64,000 nt of DNA from Octopus sinensis (GCF_006345805.1 NC_042999.1:102486001-102550000), one strand, 5' to 3'; positions 37,503 through 50,969 are shown, counted from the first letter of the stretch. The notes: generated from the sequence alone by a model not told the origin. A program made the numbers and translations.

Positions 37503-37583
37503 CTGAGTGGCTTTATGCTTACCAATGTCTCTCATCCATTGAGGGAAACCATAATTGTTGATGTTGTTATTATATTTGTGTTT
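37503..37583 (-). CDS. Candidate coding exon (81 nt, phase 0 to 0)
   Basis: TTTTTTTATTTCAAAATATCCCTGCATGCAG| acceptor and perfect CAG|GTAAGT donor; an alternative TTG|GTAAGC donor lies 20 nt upstream. Only phase 0 is open: KHKYNNNINNYGFPQWMRDIGKHKATQ. Confidence 0.55.
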
Positions 37584-38671
37584 CTGCATGCAGGGATATT
37601 TTGAAATAAAAAAATTTGTCATTTTGGGATTATTTTGGTGAACTTAAAAATGTTTGGACATCTATACTAATTCCTGGAGTAGACAAAATATGTATATTTT
37701 AGATATTATGTTATATTTTTCCTACAAACTTGTATTTACAATCTATTCAGTGTGGTTTCCTCTACTGGAGCAGTAAGAGGTATTAAGAAAGGAAGTAGGA
37801 CTGCATAAACCTCCTCTGAAGATAATGAAATAATATAATTTATGAATACTCAAAACTGAATTTAAAAAAAAAAAAGCTGGACATGACTCAAATATAAAGG
37901 GGAAAATGACAAATAAACGGGCAAATGCATTTATGAATACAGTTACAATTTGACACCCAGAAAAACGAATGTACATGTGATAAACAAGAATAACAAGAAC
38001 AAAGCAAACTTATTTAATATTAACTCTTTTGTAAACATATTTCTGTTGAAATAATCTCCTTTATTTCTATAAATTTTGAAGTTAATGAAGAATTTATTCA
38101 AATAGTCGTTATTAAGCAGGTGTTTGCAACACAAATTAAAATGGATTTATGATGGAAAGTTTTAATTTAGAACACCTTAAAACATGATGTTTGTTTCATA
38201 GAACCTAGAGAGGTCAGGCAGATTAGTTTCACAAGGGTTCATAAAAATACTAGCAATAGCTAGCATCACAAGTCAAAGGGAACATTTAGACATGTGTAAG
38301 CCTTGAAGAAACAGATATGTAAGTGGTATGATACAAATGTGTATACTGCTTTGCCTAAGAGATTCATACTAGAGTGAGCAAGAAGGATGGCATTCAACAA
38401 CAACTGTTTATGACTTAGGTACACAGCTAGGAAATTTGGTGGGTAGGGGTTAATTGATATCATTGATCCCAGTGCTATTCTGATACCTCATTTTATCCCT
38501 AGAAAGATGAAAGGCAAAGTTGACCGTGGCAGGATTTGAAACCAGAATGTAAAAGAACTGGAATCATTTAACCAAAACTGTGTTGCTTTGTAGTTGTTTA
38601 ACAACATCATTCCACTGATCATTGTTTCATTTTGTATCCATCATTAATTATTGTTTCACATTTTGACACAA

Positions 38672-39100
38672 GTAGGTGCAGGAGTGGCTGTGTGGTAAGT
38701 AGCTTGCTTACGAACCACATGGTTCCGGGTTCAGTCCCACTGCGTGGCACCTTGGGCAAGTGTCTTCTACTATAGCCTCGGGCCAACCAAAGCCTTGTGA
38801 GTGGATTTGATAGACGGAAATTGAAGGAAGCCTGTCGTATGTATGTATATATATATATGTATATGTGTGTATATGTTTGAGTGTCTGTGTTTGCCCCCCC
38901 CCCCAACATTGCTTGACAACTGATGGTGGTGTGTTTACATCTCCATTACTTAGCGGTTCTGCAAAAAAGACCAATAGAATAAATACAAGGCTTACAAAGA
39001 ATAAGTCCTGGGGTCGATTTGCTCAACTAAAGGTGGTGCTCCAACATGGCCACAGTCAAAATAACTGAAACAAGTAAAAGAGTAAAAGAGAGTAAAGAGT
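38672..39100 (+). mobile_element. SINE family A, full length
   Basis: Head, core, (TA/TG)n middle and AAAAGAGT tail. Confidence 0.9.
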
Positions 39101-39870
39101 AAGGCCAGTAAGTCTGGGGAGGGGAAAGTCATTAGATCAACACCAGTACTCAACTGGCACTTATTTTATCAACCCCAAAATGATGAAAGGCAAAGTTAGT
39201 CTTGGTGGAATTTGAACTCAGAATGTAAAGATGAGTGAAATGCCACTAAGCATTTTGCCTGGTCTGCTACCAATTCTGCCAGCTTCTACAATAGCCTCAA
39301 GCCGACCAAAGCTTTTTGAGTGGATTTGGTAGACGGAAACTGAAAGAAACCCATCGTATATATGTATATATATATATGTATGTGTGTGTGTATATGTTTG
39401 AGTGTCTGTGTTTCTCCCCCCAACATCACTTGACAACTGATTGTGGTGTGTTTACATCCCTGTAACTTAGCGGTTTGGCAAAAGAGACCATTAATTATTG
39501 CAACAGAAGTTTCAGAAATTTTATATGTTTACACTTTGTTTTCTATATTGTTGTTGCTTATCTTTAGATTAGCCCTAACTGAGCAGACATAGGATTAAAA
39601 ATGACTCTGGCCTGACCATTTTGTCTTTTTGTATATCATGGATGACATTGTTTATTGTGTTTTAAGGTAGTAGGGTATTTGGTTTCCATTTCTCGCAGGT
39701 GGAGTGGTTGTGTGTCATTGTGACAATTTGTCAAAGACCTGTTGAGGTAATGAACTCTCAGAAATGCCAGGCTTCAACATCTCTATGATTATTGGAATAT
39801 TGCCCTTGCCACTGAAATAAAAACTTTTATAACCTTGGTAGCCTTTATATAATTGCAGGTTACAATCAGA

Positions 39871-40145
39871 TTATTATTATTATTATCATTAATGGTTTCC
39901 TTTCATTATAACTTTATTTCAGCTGTCTTAGTACTAGGCATCCTCTGGAGTAGCAAGGGCACTTTTGTTTTGCTATGCATGCTAAAATTATCACCACATT
40001 TATTCCATTTTAGATGGAGAGTGCTTTCAATAATATATGGCTTTTACTCATCAAGGTTATCTTTTGTAGTTCACAGAAACTGGAGTTACCAGGGAGTTGC
40101 TTAATATACTTTTCAGGTCCCTTCTTTATCATTCCCAACACACCA
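39871..40145 (-). mobile_element. 5'-truncated Dong/R4-clade LINE 3' end in a TAA microsatellite
   Basis: IGVLGMIKKGPEKYIKQLPGN..ELQKITLMSKSHILLKALSI* is the R4/Dong C-terminus. (TAA)n tail at 39871-39890 and (ATT)n at 40146-40164. Confidence 0.85.
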
Positions 40146-40491
40146 ATTATTATTATTATTATTATGTTTTTTCCTTCTTTCTTCAAATTTTCTTCTGTTT
40201 CTCGCCGAGTGTTTTCCATACACCTAGGGCAGAGAAGCTCATTGTATGCATCTTTTCAGAGCCATTAAAAATAAAGTACTGGTTACAAACTGTGGTTGAC
40301 ATGTTAAACCAGGTTAAAAACCTGTGTAAAATCTTGTGGAAACTTTCCACAGTGTTAAACCAAACCTAAACCAGCCCAAATTTGTAACTTATTGTCATGG
40401 AATATTATCAGATAGGCTAATATAGTAAATGTAGCTAAAAAACTTAGATTTTAAATGGAAATTATGGTGGTGATGGTGGTGGTCTTGTCTT

Positions 40492-40960
40492 ATGAGCCCA
40501 ATTGCTTTATACAGCCGTGTATACTACATGTTAGAAAATTATTATGCTGTTGTGATAATGATCACACAGTCTATTGTGATCATCATTATCATCATTATCA
40601 TCATCGTCAGCATTGACATCACTGCCAAAGCCATCACCACCACGGCCACCACCACCACCACCACCACGGCCGCCACCACCACCACCACCACCACTACCGT
40701 TATTGTTGTCATCATTATTTCCTTCTCCTCTTCCTGATCATCATCATTATCACCACTACCACTGCTGCTGCTGCCACCACCACCACCACCACCACCACCA
40801 TTATCACCACTGCCAAATCCACCACCACTTGCCACCAACAATGCCACCACTACCACTGCCGCCGCCCCCCCCTCACCAACAACAACAACGAGAACACCAT
40901 CGTCGTTGTTGTCATTATTTCCTCCTCTTCCTCCTCCTCCTCCTCCTCATCATCATCATC
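40492..40960. repeat. Compound (CAT/CAC/CCT)n trinucleotide tract
   Basis: Visible low complexity. Confidence 0.9.
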
Positions 40961-41324
40961 TTCACTGTTATCAATACCCCAAAATAATCTTTTAAAAAAT
41001 CACAACCCTTTCCTCCCAACAACAAAGAGAACAAAAATAAAAATCTTCCATTGATGTTATTTTCAAATAAAATTTTTGCATCTCTTAAGATGGAGTTGCC
41101 TGCAGTCGTCTGTTGAAGTTGTCCCGTTCACTTCCCACCTTTCCTGCACTTTCCTGTTCCTTTTCCTTTTTCCTCTTTCATTGTGTAACTACCATTCCTT
41201 CCTCTTGCAGCTGACTCACATCACTGCTTTGTTCTTTAAGTTAGAATTAGGCTGCTTGCGTAATGCATCTCATCAGATGTTGTGTTGTGAGTGCTGTTGA
41301 TGTTTGTGTTGAGGGGTGGCTGTG

Positions 41325-41900
41325 GATAGATGGAAGGATGGATGGATGGATGGGTGGATGGAATGATGGATAGATGGATGGGTGGATGGATGGATGGATT
41401 GATGAGTGTATTGATGGATGGGTTGAGTGGATGGATGGGTGGGTGGAATGATGATGGGTGGATGGATAGATGGATGGATGGGCAGATGGATGGAATGATG
41501 AATAGGTGGATGGATGGATGGATGGAAGGATGGATGGGTGGATGAAATGGTAAATGGGTGAATGGATGGATAGATGAATGGATGGATGGGTGGATGGGTG
41601 GATGGGTGGATCGATGATTGTATGGATGGATTGGGCAGATGGATAGATGGATGGGTAAATGGATAGAAGGATGAATGGGTGCATGGATGAATGGATGGAT
41701 AGATAAGCAGATAGATGTTTTTACAGACTGATGTACAGATGAAGGAATGGATGGATGGATGGATGAGTGTATGGATGGATGGATGGTTGAGTAGATAGAT
41801 GGATGGATAGGTGGATGGGTGGATGGATAGGTGGATAGATGGATGGAGGCATGAATTGATGGATTGATCGATAGAGGAAAGGAGGGAGACACAGAGTGGG
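41325..41900. repeat. Degenerate (GGAT)n array
   Basis: About 570 bp of GGAT variants; source of the HPSI-type ORFs. Confidence 0.92.
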
Positions 41901-43576
41901 ATGAATGGAAGCACAGATGGATACATGAAAGAATATACTGATGGCTTGATGAACTATGGACAGATAGCAGACACACCTGATGTTTAGATCAGTGATTGTT
42001 TGGGTTGGTTTTGACCCCCTTAGACCTTGGCCCCTGTGTCTAAACCACCCCACCCATCCACCTGGGCTCCTGAGCAAAAAAAAAAAAGAGTAAATAGTTA
42101 CACATACAGTTGAAGAGTAACGACTGCAAGCAAACTAATGGACAGCATTAGTTGCATCTTCTGTGTCTATGTGTGTTGTTCATTATCGCTTTACAGGGAA
42201 TCCAGCAGAGATGATGTTTAACCTTTTCCCACTATAGCAGGAATATGGCATGACAGGGTTAAAAGAGAATCTTGATTGTTTGATTTTCATTGATTGGTTG
42301 CTTGATTTGTTGTTGTTGTTGTTGGCGGTGGCAGTGGTGGTGGTGGGGGTGGTGGCGGTTGCCCTTAATGAATAAATTTATGATTGTTGGTATTCGAGTT
42401 GTGATCATCCCTTCTTTTATTTTCCAGACAGCTTATCTAAGACAATGTGACCTTCTGTTCTTTGTAACATGCAGGAGATTTGTCTGCTATTATTTTAGCA
42501 GGTCTGATGATGACATAGAGGCTCCATCATTGTTTGTTATAGTTGAAATTGTTTAGCCCTAGGATAACCCACTGATCCAAAGCAATGTTTCTTAATCCTT
42601 TTGACACTGTGGTGCACTGTACATCAATAAAAAAAAAAATTACTGGTCCTTATCACATGGAAAAATTACTTATTTTATTGATCCTAAAAGGATAAACGGG
42701 TATGATACAAAGGTGTTTGCTGCTTTGCCTAAGAGATTCATATTAGAGTGAGCAAGAAGAAGGATGGCATTCAACAACAACTGTTTCTGACTTAGGTACA
42801 AGGCTAGGAAATTTGGTGGCTAGGGGTTAATTGATATCATCGATCCCAGTGCTATTCTGATACCTCATTTTATCCCTAGAAGGATTTTTCCTGGCATGCT
42901 TGCTGCCTTCATACTACTACTACTACTACTACTTATAATAATAATAATCATTTCTGCTATAGGCACAAGGCCTGAAATTTTGGAGGAGGGAGCTAGTTGA
43001 TTCCATTGACCCCAGTGTTTCACTGGTACTTAATTTATTGAGCCCGAAAGGATGAAAGGCTAAGTTGACCTCAGTAGAATTTCAACTCAGACCGTAGTGA
43101 TGGGCGAAATACCGCTAAGCATTTTGTCCAGCATGCTAAAGGTTCTGCCTGCTCGCTGTCTCAATAATAGTAGTAGTAATAATAATAATAATAATAATAA
43201 TACCACCACCACCAACAACAACAACAATGATCAGTCTGCTGGCTGTGCACAGCTGACACTTTCCATCATATCCATCAGAATAAGCAGTGTTTTCATCAAA
43301 TAATAATTATGATTATTATAATAATTATAATGAACTTTGGCAATGGATTGTAGTTGTTCTAAGATATAGATGCCTACCTGTGGACTTTCTGCATGTTGCT
43401 TTTGGTCTTCCACACTTAAGACCCACTAAGTTTCATTAATTCAAAATGCTGGAATGTGTTGTAAGACATCCATCATTTGCTTCATCTTGGATTATCATTA
43501 ATTATTGTAATAGAAGTTTGAGAAATTTTACATGCTTACATATGTTTTCTATGTTGTTGTTGCTTAGTATATAGAC

Positions 43577-43744
43577 ATAGGAGTGGCTGTGTGGTAAGTA
43601 GCTTGCTTACCAACCACATGGTTCCGGGTTCAGGCCCACTGCATGGCACCTTGGGCAAGTGTCTTCTACTATAGCCTCGGGCCGACCAAAGCCTTGTGAG
43701 AGGATTTGGTAGACGGAAAATGAAAGCAGCCCATTGTATATATG

Positions 43745-43777
<33 letters not shown>

Positions 43778-43995
43778 ATATGTTTGTGTGTCTGTGTTTG
43801 TTCCCCCAACATTGCTTGACAACCGATGCTGGTGTGTTTACATCCCTGTAACTTAGCGGTTCAGCAAAAGAGACCGATAGAATAAGTACTAGGCTTACAA
43901 AGAATAAGTCCTGGGGTTGATTTGCTCTACTAAAGGTGGTGCTCCAGCATGGCCACAGTCAAATGACTGAAACAAGTAAAAGAGTAAAAGAGGGA
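43577..43995 (+). mobile_element. SINE family A, full length
   Basis: As other copies. Further decayed copies at about 44690-45050, 46255-46660 and 53565-54030. Confidence 0.9.
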
Positions 43996-45684
43996 AAGAG
44001 AGTAGCGTTAAATTAGCCCAAACAAGCAAGATAAAAAAATGGTTCAAGCTTGACCCTCCTGTTTTATCATATATCAAGAACAACAATATCTATTGTGTTT
44101 TCTTATTCTAAAATTGTAGGTTATTTGGTTTCCATTTCTAGCAGGTTGTTCATTGCTACTGGTGTTGTTGTAAAAGCTGTTGTTTATCACCCAGTTTAGC
44201 AGATGTCAACCTCACTCTCTCATCTGTGTTCAACTTCAACCCTGTGGTAAAACCAGATCATGATGGATGAGAATGGAGACAGATGTAATGAATGACCAAG
44301 ATATCTTTTTGCCTCATCTTGCTCTCTGCATTTCATAATATGTTACTGCAGCTGCCTTCCCCTCCATTGAACCATGAAGCTTTCTTCTGCAGAGTCCACT
44401 GGATCCAGTTGCCACATGCATTGGCAAGCAAGTCCTAATATACTGATTAACCTATAGCTGGGACTCTGACAGGTGTTATTTCTCTGGATCAGAATAGAAC
44501 AATAGTGGCTAAGAGGTGGTTCCACATTCCTCAAGACTCTGGAATTTCTGAACCAGAACTCTACTGCTGGATATTGTAAGTCATACTCAGGACAAAAAAG
44601 AAACTAAATTAAATGCCGCAGGGCATTTTGTCTAATGTTCTAATGATTGCTAATCTGCTAAATGCACCCTGGGAAAAGTGGAGATATAGATGCAAGTATG
44701 GCTTGTGGTTAAGAAGCTTGCCTTATAACTAAATGGTTTAGGGTTCAGTCCCACTGCATGGCACATAGCCTTGGACTGGCTAATACTTTGTGAGTGAATT
44801 TGATTGATGGAAACTGTGTGGAATTCCATCACATGTATGTGTATGTGTGTGTGTTTTTGCATATGTTTTGTGTTTGTTTGTCCTGACGACCTGATAAGCA
44901 GTGTTAGTTTGTTTACATCCCTGTAACTCAGTAGTTTAGCAAAAGACACTGATAGAATGAGTACCAAACTTAAAAACTAAGTACAGGGGTCGATTTGTTT
45001 GACTAAATCCTTCAAGGCAGTGCCCCAGCATGGGCAAAACAAGAAGAAGCTAAAAGAGAAAAATAAAAGACACCTAATTAACTGAGAACCCTAATTGCTA
45101 GAGAGGAGAGTAATATTCAGCAAAAAAAAAAACAACACAACTCCTCTAACAATACCAGGTGTGACTGTAGAACAGGGCCAGAAATAATGCAGCACCTATT
45201 AACATTTCCTCTAATGCAAGAACCACACTGGTTTGCTGACCTTCAGTAAAAATGCACAGAAATGTTGTTCAGTGTTGGTTGCATAAAATTTTGCAGAAAT
45301 GTGAAGTCGACTCAATGATAAGAATATATCACAGAAAGGAAGAATTTGTGCAATTCGGTTGCAAATAATGGTATTGCTTCTATGCATGTTGCACCAGTGT
45401 CTCATCTTTTTTTTTATTTTTCTTCTTTCTGCATTGATTTTTATTACTGCCATACTTCACTGAGCTAAAATGATAATAATGTCTAGTAGCATACACATTT
45501 CATATGATACTGCCAAATGTAGGTCTATAGGTAGGTAGGTATGGACTGATAAATTCTGTGTGTATTGAAGAGATGGATTGTAGAGAATATAATGTTAATG
45601 CTTCCTTCCAATATATATATATATATATATTTATACTCACACACACATATATATAAGAAGTGCTGTTTTCTTCATATATATATA

Positions 45685-45734
<50 letters not shown>

Positions 45735-45741
<7 letters not shown>

Positions 45742-46050
45742 AAGTATGTATATATATATATGTATAAGTATGTATATATATATATGTATAAGTATGTATA
45801 TATATATATGTATAAGTATGTATATATATATATGTATAAGTATGTATATATATATATATGTATAAGTATGTATATATATATGTATAAGTATGTATATATA
45901 TATATATATATAAGTATGTATATATATATATATATATAAGTATGTATATATATAATATAAGTATGATATATATATATATAAGTATGTATATATATATATA
46001 TATAAGTATGTATATATATATATATATATAAGTATGTATATATATATATA
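45735..46050. repeat. Minisatellite of TATAAGTATG plus (TA)n units, period about 18-22
   Basis: More than ten visible TATAAGTATG-type units. Confidence 0.9.
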
Positions 46051-49000
46051 TGTATGTATGTATGTATATATATATATGTTTCTAATCTGGACAGTAGCAG
46101 ATTTATAACATTAACAAATTTGGAATTAATGTAATATTGCTAATTTACATTGTATTACTAATAGTTGTCAACATAATTGTTGCTGTTATTGTCATTGCTA
46201 TCATCATCATCATTGATATCATCATCATTATCATCATTGATATCGTCATCAAATTTAAACATGGCTGTGTGGTTAAGAAACTCGTTTTGCAACCATGTGG
46301 TTTCAGGTTCAGTTCCAATGTGTGGCACATAGGACAAGTGTTTTCTACTATACTACCAGACTGACTAATACCTTGCAAGTAAATTTGGTAGACGGAGACT
46401 ATTTTGAAGCCTGTCATATGTACATGTATGTGTGTGGATGTGTGGGTTGTGTGTGTGTGTGTATGGGTTTGTGATTTTGTGGTTGTCTCCCTACTATTTA
46501 ACAACTGGTGTTGGTCTTTTTACATCTTGGCACCTAGTAGTTCAGGAAAAGAGACCAAATGAATAAGTGCTAGACTTAAAAGAATAAAAACTGTGGTTGA
46601 TTTGTTTGAGTAAACTCTTCAGCGAGGTACCCTGGTATGGCTGCAATCCAATGACAAAAACAAGGAAAAAATTAAAATAAAATAAAGATTCTACAGGGAG
46701 ATGAGAATCTCAATGTTTCAAGCAAAGTCTTTTGTAATCTTAGAGAGAAATACGTAAAATGGTTATGATAACACTGAGAATATAGAGTTGAAACTGAAAA
46801 GGAAGAAAGAGATATAAAAAGATTAAGAAAGAAGAAGTAACCAAGTGAATAGGGTGTTAATAGAATGTGTACATGTTAATAGAATGCTTCCACATATGAA
46901 CAAGAGTTTCGCCAAACTCCTATTTCAATGACATCAGACAGGAATGAGCAACATTTTTCGAGAAGCAAACTGCATGAGACATAGCTCATCCCAAGGCAGG
47001 CTGTGCTCCTAAAGTGTTTTAAGGTAATTTTTCATTGGTGTGTCATTCATAAAGTCCTGTGGGGTCATAAATTGCCCACGACTAATATAAGGAAACATCA
47101 ATTTTTTTTTGAAAACAGATGTTTGTTTTCCTCCTCATCACCATTTCTTGGATAAATTTGTTGGACAAGGTGACATTATCTTTTGTAATATACCTCATCC
47201 ACTTCTTTTCCTTGAGCTCTTAACTTGTTCAATTTTCTCATTGCCTTTTTTTGTTTTATAAATTGTTTAATTTATTTTATTTTATTTTTTTAACATAATT
47301 TGTGAGTTTCATCTAGGGTACTGCTACAAGCACTGTGGCAAACACCTTCTCCTACCATTTTTATGATGGTCATCTAGCAGCACATGTAAATATTATTGAA
47401 GGTTTTTGCCAACAATATCATCATCATCATCACTGTCATCATCGTCGTCGTCGTCATCATCATTTAATGTCTGTTGTCCATGGGTTGGGTGGTTTGACCA
47501 GGGCTGGCAAGCTTGTAGGCTGCACCAGAATCCAGTCTGATTTAGTATGGTTTCTGTGGCTGGATACCCTTCTTAACATCACCCACTCCGAGAGTGTAAT
47601 GAGTGTTTTTATGTGCCACCAGTGTGGGTGCCATTTGCATAACACATAAACAGTTAAAATGTCTGAAAATGAAACTTTATTCAATCTCAGTAACAGAGTA
47701 GGTACTTAATCTGAAAATCTTTCACCACAACTTTCTCTCACTCTTTCTTCCTGTTTCTGTTGTACCTGTATTTCAAAGGGCCAGCCTTGTCACACACTGT
47801 GTCACGCTGAATCTCCCCGAGAACTTCGTTAAGGGTACACATGTCTGTGGAGTGCTTAGCCACTTGCACGTTAATAAATGAGCTGCGACGTCACTGGTGC
47901 CAAGCTGTATTGGCCTTTGCCTTTCCCTTGGATAACATCAGTGGCATGGAGAAGAGAGGCTGGTATGCATGGGCGACTGCTGGTCTTCCATAAACAACCT
48001 TGCCCAGACTTGTGCTTTGGAGGGTAACTTTCTAGATGCAATCCCATAGTCATTCATAACCAAAGGGGTCACAATATATATATATATATATGTAAAACAT
48101 TAAAAGACACTTACCCAAGGTGCCATGTAGTCAAGCTGAAACCTAAGACCATGTTGTTGCTAAATGGACTTCTTAACCACACAGCCATGCCTATATCTAT
48201 TACTCTTTACTATCAAATGTTAATTTTACAGTATTTATTTATGCAGTAGCATATATATATATATATATATATATTTACGTGATGATGGTGATGATGATGA
48301 TGGTGATAATGGCTTAAGCCACTATATGACTTTTCTTTTGTGAGTGCAATTGCAACTGGAGTTCTCTTAAGGCTGCAATACAAAAACTAACTAGACATGG
48401 GCTGTCTTTTTATATGATGTAATCATATAGTAGTAACAACTGAACTGTTAGCCAGAAAAAGATAGATAGATAGATAGAGTAAGAGAGAAAGAGAGAGAAA
48501 GGGAGAGAGGGAGAGAGAGAAAAGAAAGTGAGAGAGAGGAAAGTGAAGGAGAGGGTGGAAAGAAAGAACTAGGTAACGGGTTGAATTAACTATATTCCTT
48601 CAATCATCATTCATGGTAACTACATGAATACAATATAGCGGATGGCTTAGATACTGACCTACATGTTGACCTAGATATTGACCTAGATACTGACGTAATA
48701 ATATCAGAAGCTGTCAAAAATTTAGGAACACCTTTTTGATTGCTAAATAGCCTTCAAGAGTTAGAAGGGAAGCTATGATGATGTAATAACATCAATGTAC
48801 TATTACGAGAGTTTGTCTTCTATCATGAACCAATGGGGATCCTTTATGTAGTTACTCAACTTCCTAGAAATAGCAGCCAAATCTCCCTCAATGTCATACC
48901 TCTCCATCTTGAATAAAGAAGAATGCATTGAATAATGCAGTCACTGATATACAAAAAGAAAGGATAGTCATATCTGGAAAGCTTTCTTCAGTTCTGCTTG

Positions 49001-49584
49001 ATCAGTGGCTAAACAATAACAGCCAAGACTTGAAGTCAATTTAATTGTCTGCTATGCTTGACTAATACTTATTTTATCAACTTAGTGGAGATGAAAGGAA
49101 TAATACTAATAATAATCCTTTCTTATTTTGGAACAAGGCCAACAAATTTGAAAGATAGGGAAGTCAATTATATTGAGCCCAATGCTCAACTGGTACTTAT
49201 TTTATTGAGCCTCAAAGGATGAAAGGCAGAGTCAACCTTAGCAAAATTTGAACTTGGAAAGAAAAGATGGTTGAACTACTGCTAAGCATTTTGTTTGATA
49301 TGCTAACAATTCTGCCTGTTTGCCTCCCTAATAATGCTAATAATGAGAATGGGAAAGTCTTAGTTGACCACCTTTCTAGAGATGGTGTCTGAGTAACAGT
49401 ACTTGTTGGTGACTAGCCTTAAAACATGCCTCAATGTTGAGTGAAATTGTACACATGTATTGAATAATAGTGTTAACGAGGCTTGAGCAAATGGTGTAGG
49501 TCTTTCACCTATTAGGTGCCCCATGGTTGAGCAGCACAGGCCCAGTTATCATTCCAGAAACCACTCATACTCAAAGTCAAAGGC

Positions 49585-49870
49585 AAAGAAAATGGTGGGG
49601 GACAAGGAAGCAAACTGAGCTATAACTAATTGCTGGATCAGAAGTGAACCCAATAGAAAAGGATTCTAAAAATGCTTGAAGTCAAAATGGGATGAAATAA
49701 GACTCTTTGAGATAAGTGAGCAATGGTTAGCCAATCAAAAAAGAGCAATAAGAACAAATGAATGGCTAAGAGACATGGAAATTGAAGAAATAAAAAGGAA
49801 AGTAGAAAACAATGATAATATTGCACCAGTAGATAATGTATCTATTGAAGATAGAGAAATAACAATGGGA
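49585..49870 (+). mobile_element. Dong/R4-clade LINE N-terminal ORF remnant
   Basis: NCWIRSEPNRKGF*K..KWDEIRLFEISEQWLANQKRAIRTNEWLRDMEIEEIKRKV matches the R4/Dong N-terminal C...S.P..RGYR.RM..W....F...EQRL.DQ...I....W...E.EEI motif. Confidence 0.7.
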
Positions 49871-50229
49871 TCTTGTTCCATATATCACTAGACTCACTAA
49901 TCTCCTCTCAACTTCCAAAATGAGGTATAATTCCTTAACAGCTTTGTGGTCCTAGATGTCCATACAAATCCATCTGACAATATATTGTTGTCAGTTACTT
50001 TCACTTTTCTTCTCAATATCTGCAAAAGTAATGAGAGACCAAGAATCTATATTGGTATCAATATTTCTAGCCATGATCCTTATTATTTCTCTTACTCATG
50101 TAGTTTGCACTATTGTATGGGAAAACATATACCATATGGGTCTTGTCTGTCTTATTGTCGTATCCTCAGTCTTAAATAACAGGCAGATACTTTCATGTCC
50201 TGCTCCTATCAAGGGAGAATACTACTTAC

Positions 50230-50328
50230 CACACGTAAGTAGAGCTGCCTCTGACTTCTCTTATGAGGGTTCATGGAAACCTCTACATTTTGTCAAACAA
50301 ATCCATGTCTCTAACCTGTTTGCCATAT
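50230..50328 (-). CDS. Strong 99-nt exon; ATG at 50274 gives MNPHKRSQRQLYLRV (phase 0)
   Basis: Very long polypyrimidine acceptor (..TTTTCTTTTTTTTTTCTCTCAG|) and GTG|GTAAGT donor. All three frames are closed in the 5' half, so this is a start-containing or non-coding exon. Confidence 0.65.
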
Positions 50329-50969
50329 CTGAGAGAAAAAAAAAAGAAAAGAAAAAAAAACAAAACAAAGTGTGATGGTCACACCTAGAATCCCTCTGAT
50401 CATATTTTGCTAATTTAGAAATGACTTCAGTCTAAATAGCAAGCCTAGGATGAGATAGCTGAGGTAATATAGAATAAAGTGTCCTTCTATGTAACAAAAC
50501 ACCTCCAATTGATTAGATCCTAGAATTAATTAGTTGATACATTTCAAAACCTTATCCACTTGGTAGTTATGATTCTTTTTAACTCCTGCTTAATAATGGT
50601 CATTGTTGCTATTATTGTTGTTCAACCTCAGGTTAGTCTTGATTAAATGAATCTATAGTCAAAAGTGTTTCAGCCATGACTATCTCATATTTTTTGTAAA
50701 GGATTATATGTTCAAATGTATCTATCTTTATGCAAGAGGGAAATTTGGTTGCTATTTTGAGTAGGTTGAGTGACCACTTAGAGATTCCTCTTGCTGGTTT
50801 TTCGTTAAAATATATACTGTTGGTGAGGAGCCCTGACTTTTCAAGGGAAGCCATCTTTCTGACTGCTATCTTCAACGAGTTAAGACGGCTTATCCTGTCC
50901 TTCTCATAAGCTGTCTCCTTAATGCGTTCAAAATAATTTTTCCATCATCTTGGCTTAACAGCCCTCATC

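Noticed and set aside
42427-42500. Plus-strand exon TAYLRQCDLLFF..
   Set aside because: The donor is non-consensus and lies within a common repeat motif (TTTTAGCAGGTC..TAGAGGCTCC).
45735-46050. Regularly spaced repeats resembling a CRISPR array
   Set aside because: The spacers are only variable (TA)n; eukaryotic minisatellite, no cas genes.
49946-50375. 139-aa hydrophobic ORF suggesting a membrane protein
   Set aside because: GTG/alternative-start ORF in AT-rich DNA that runs through the antisense of a strong exon into a poly-A tract; no family motif.
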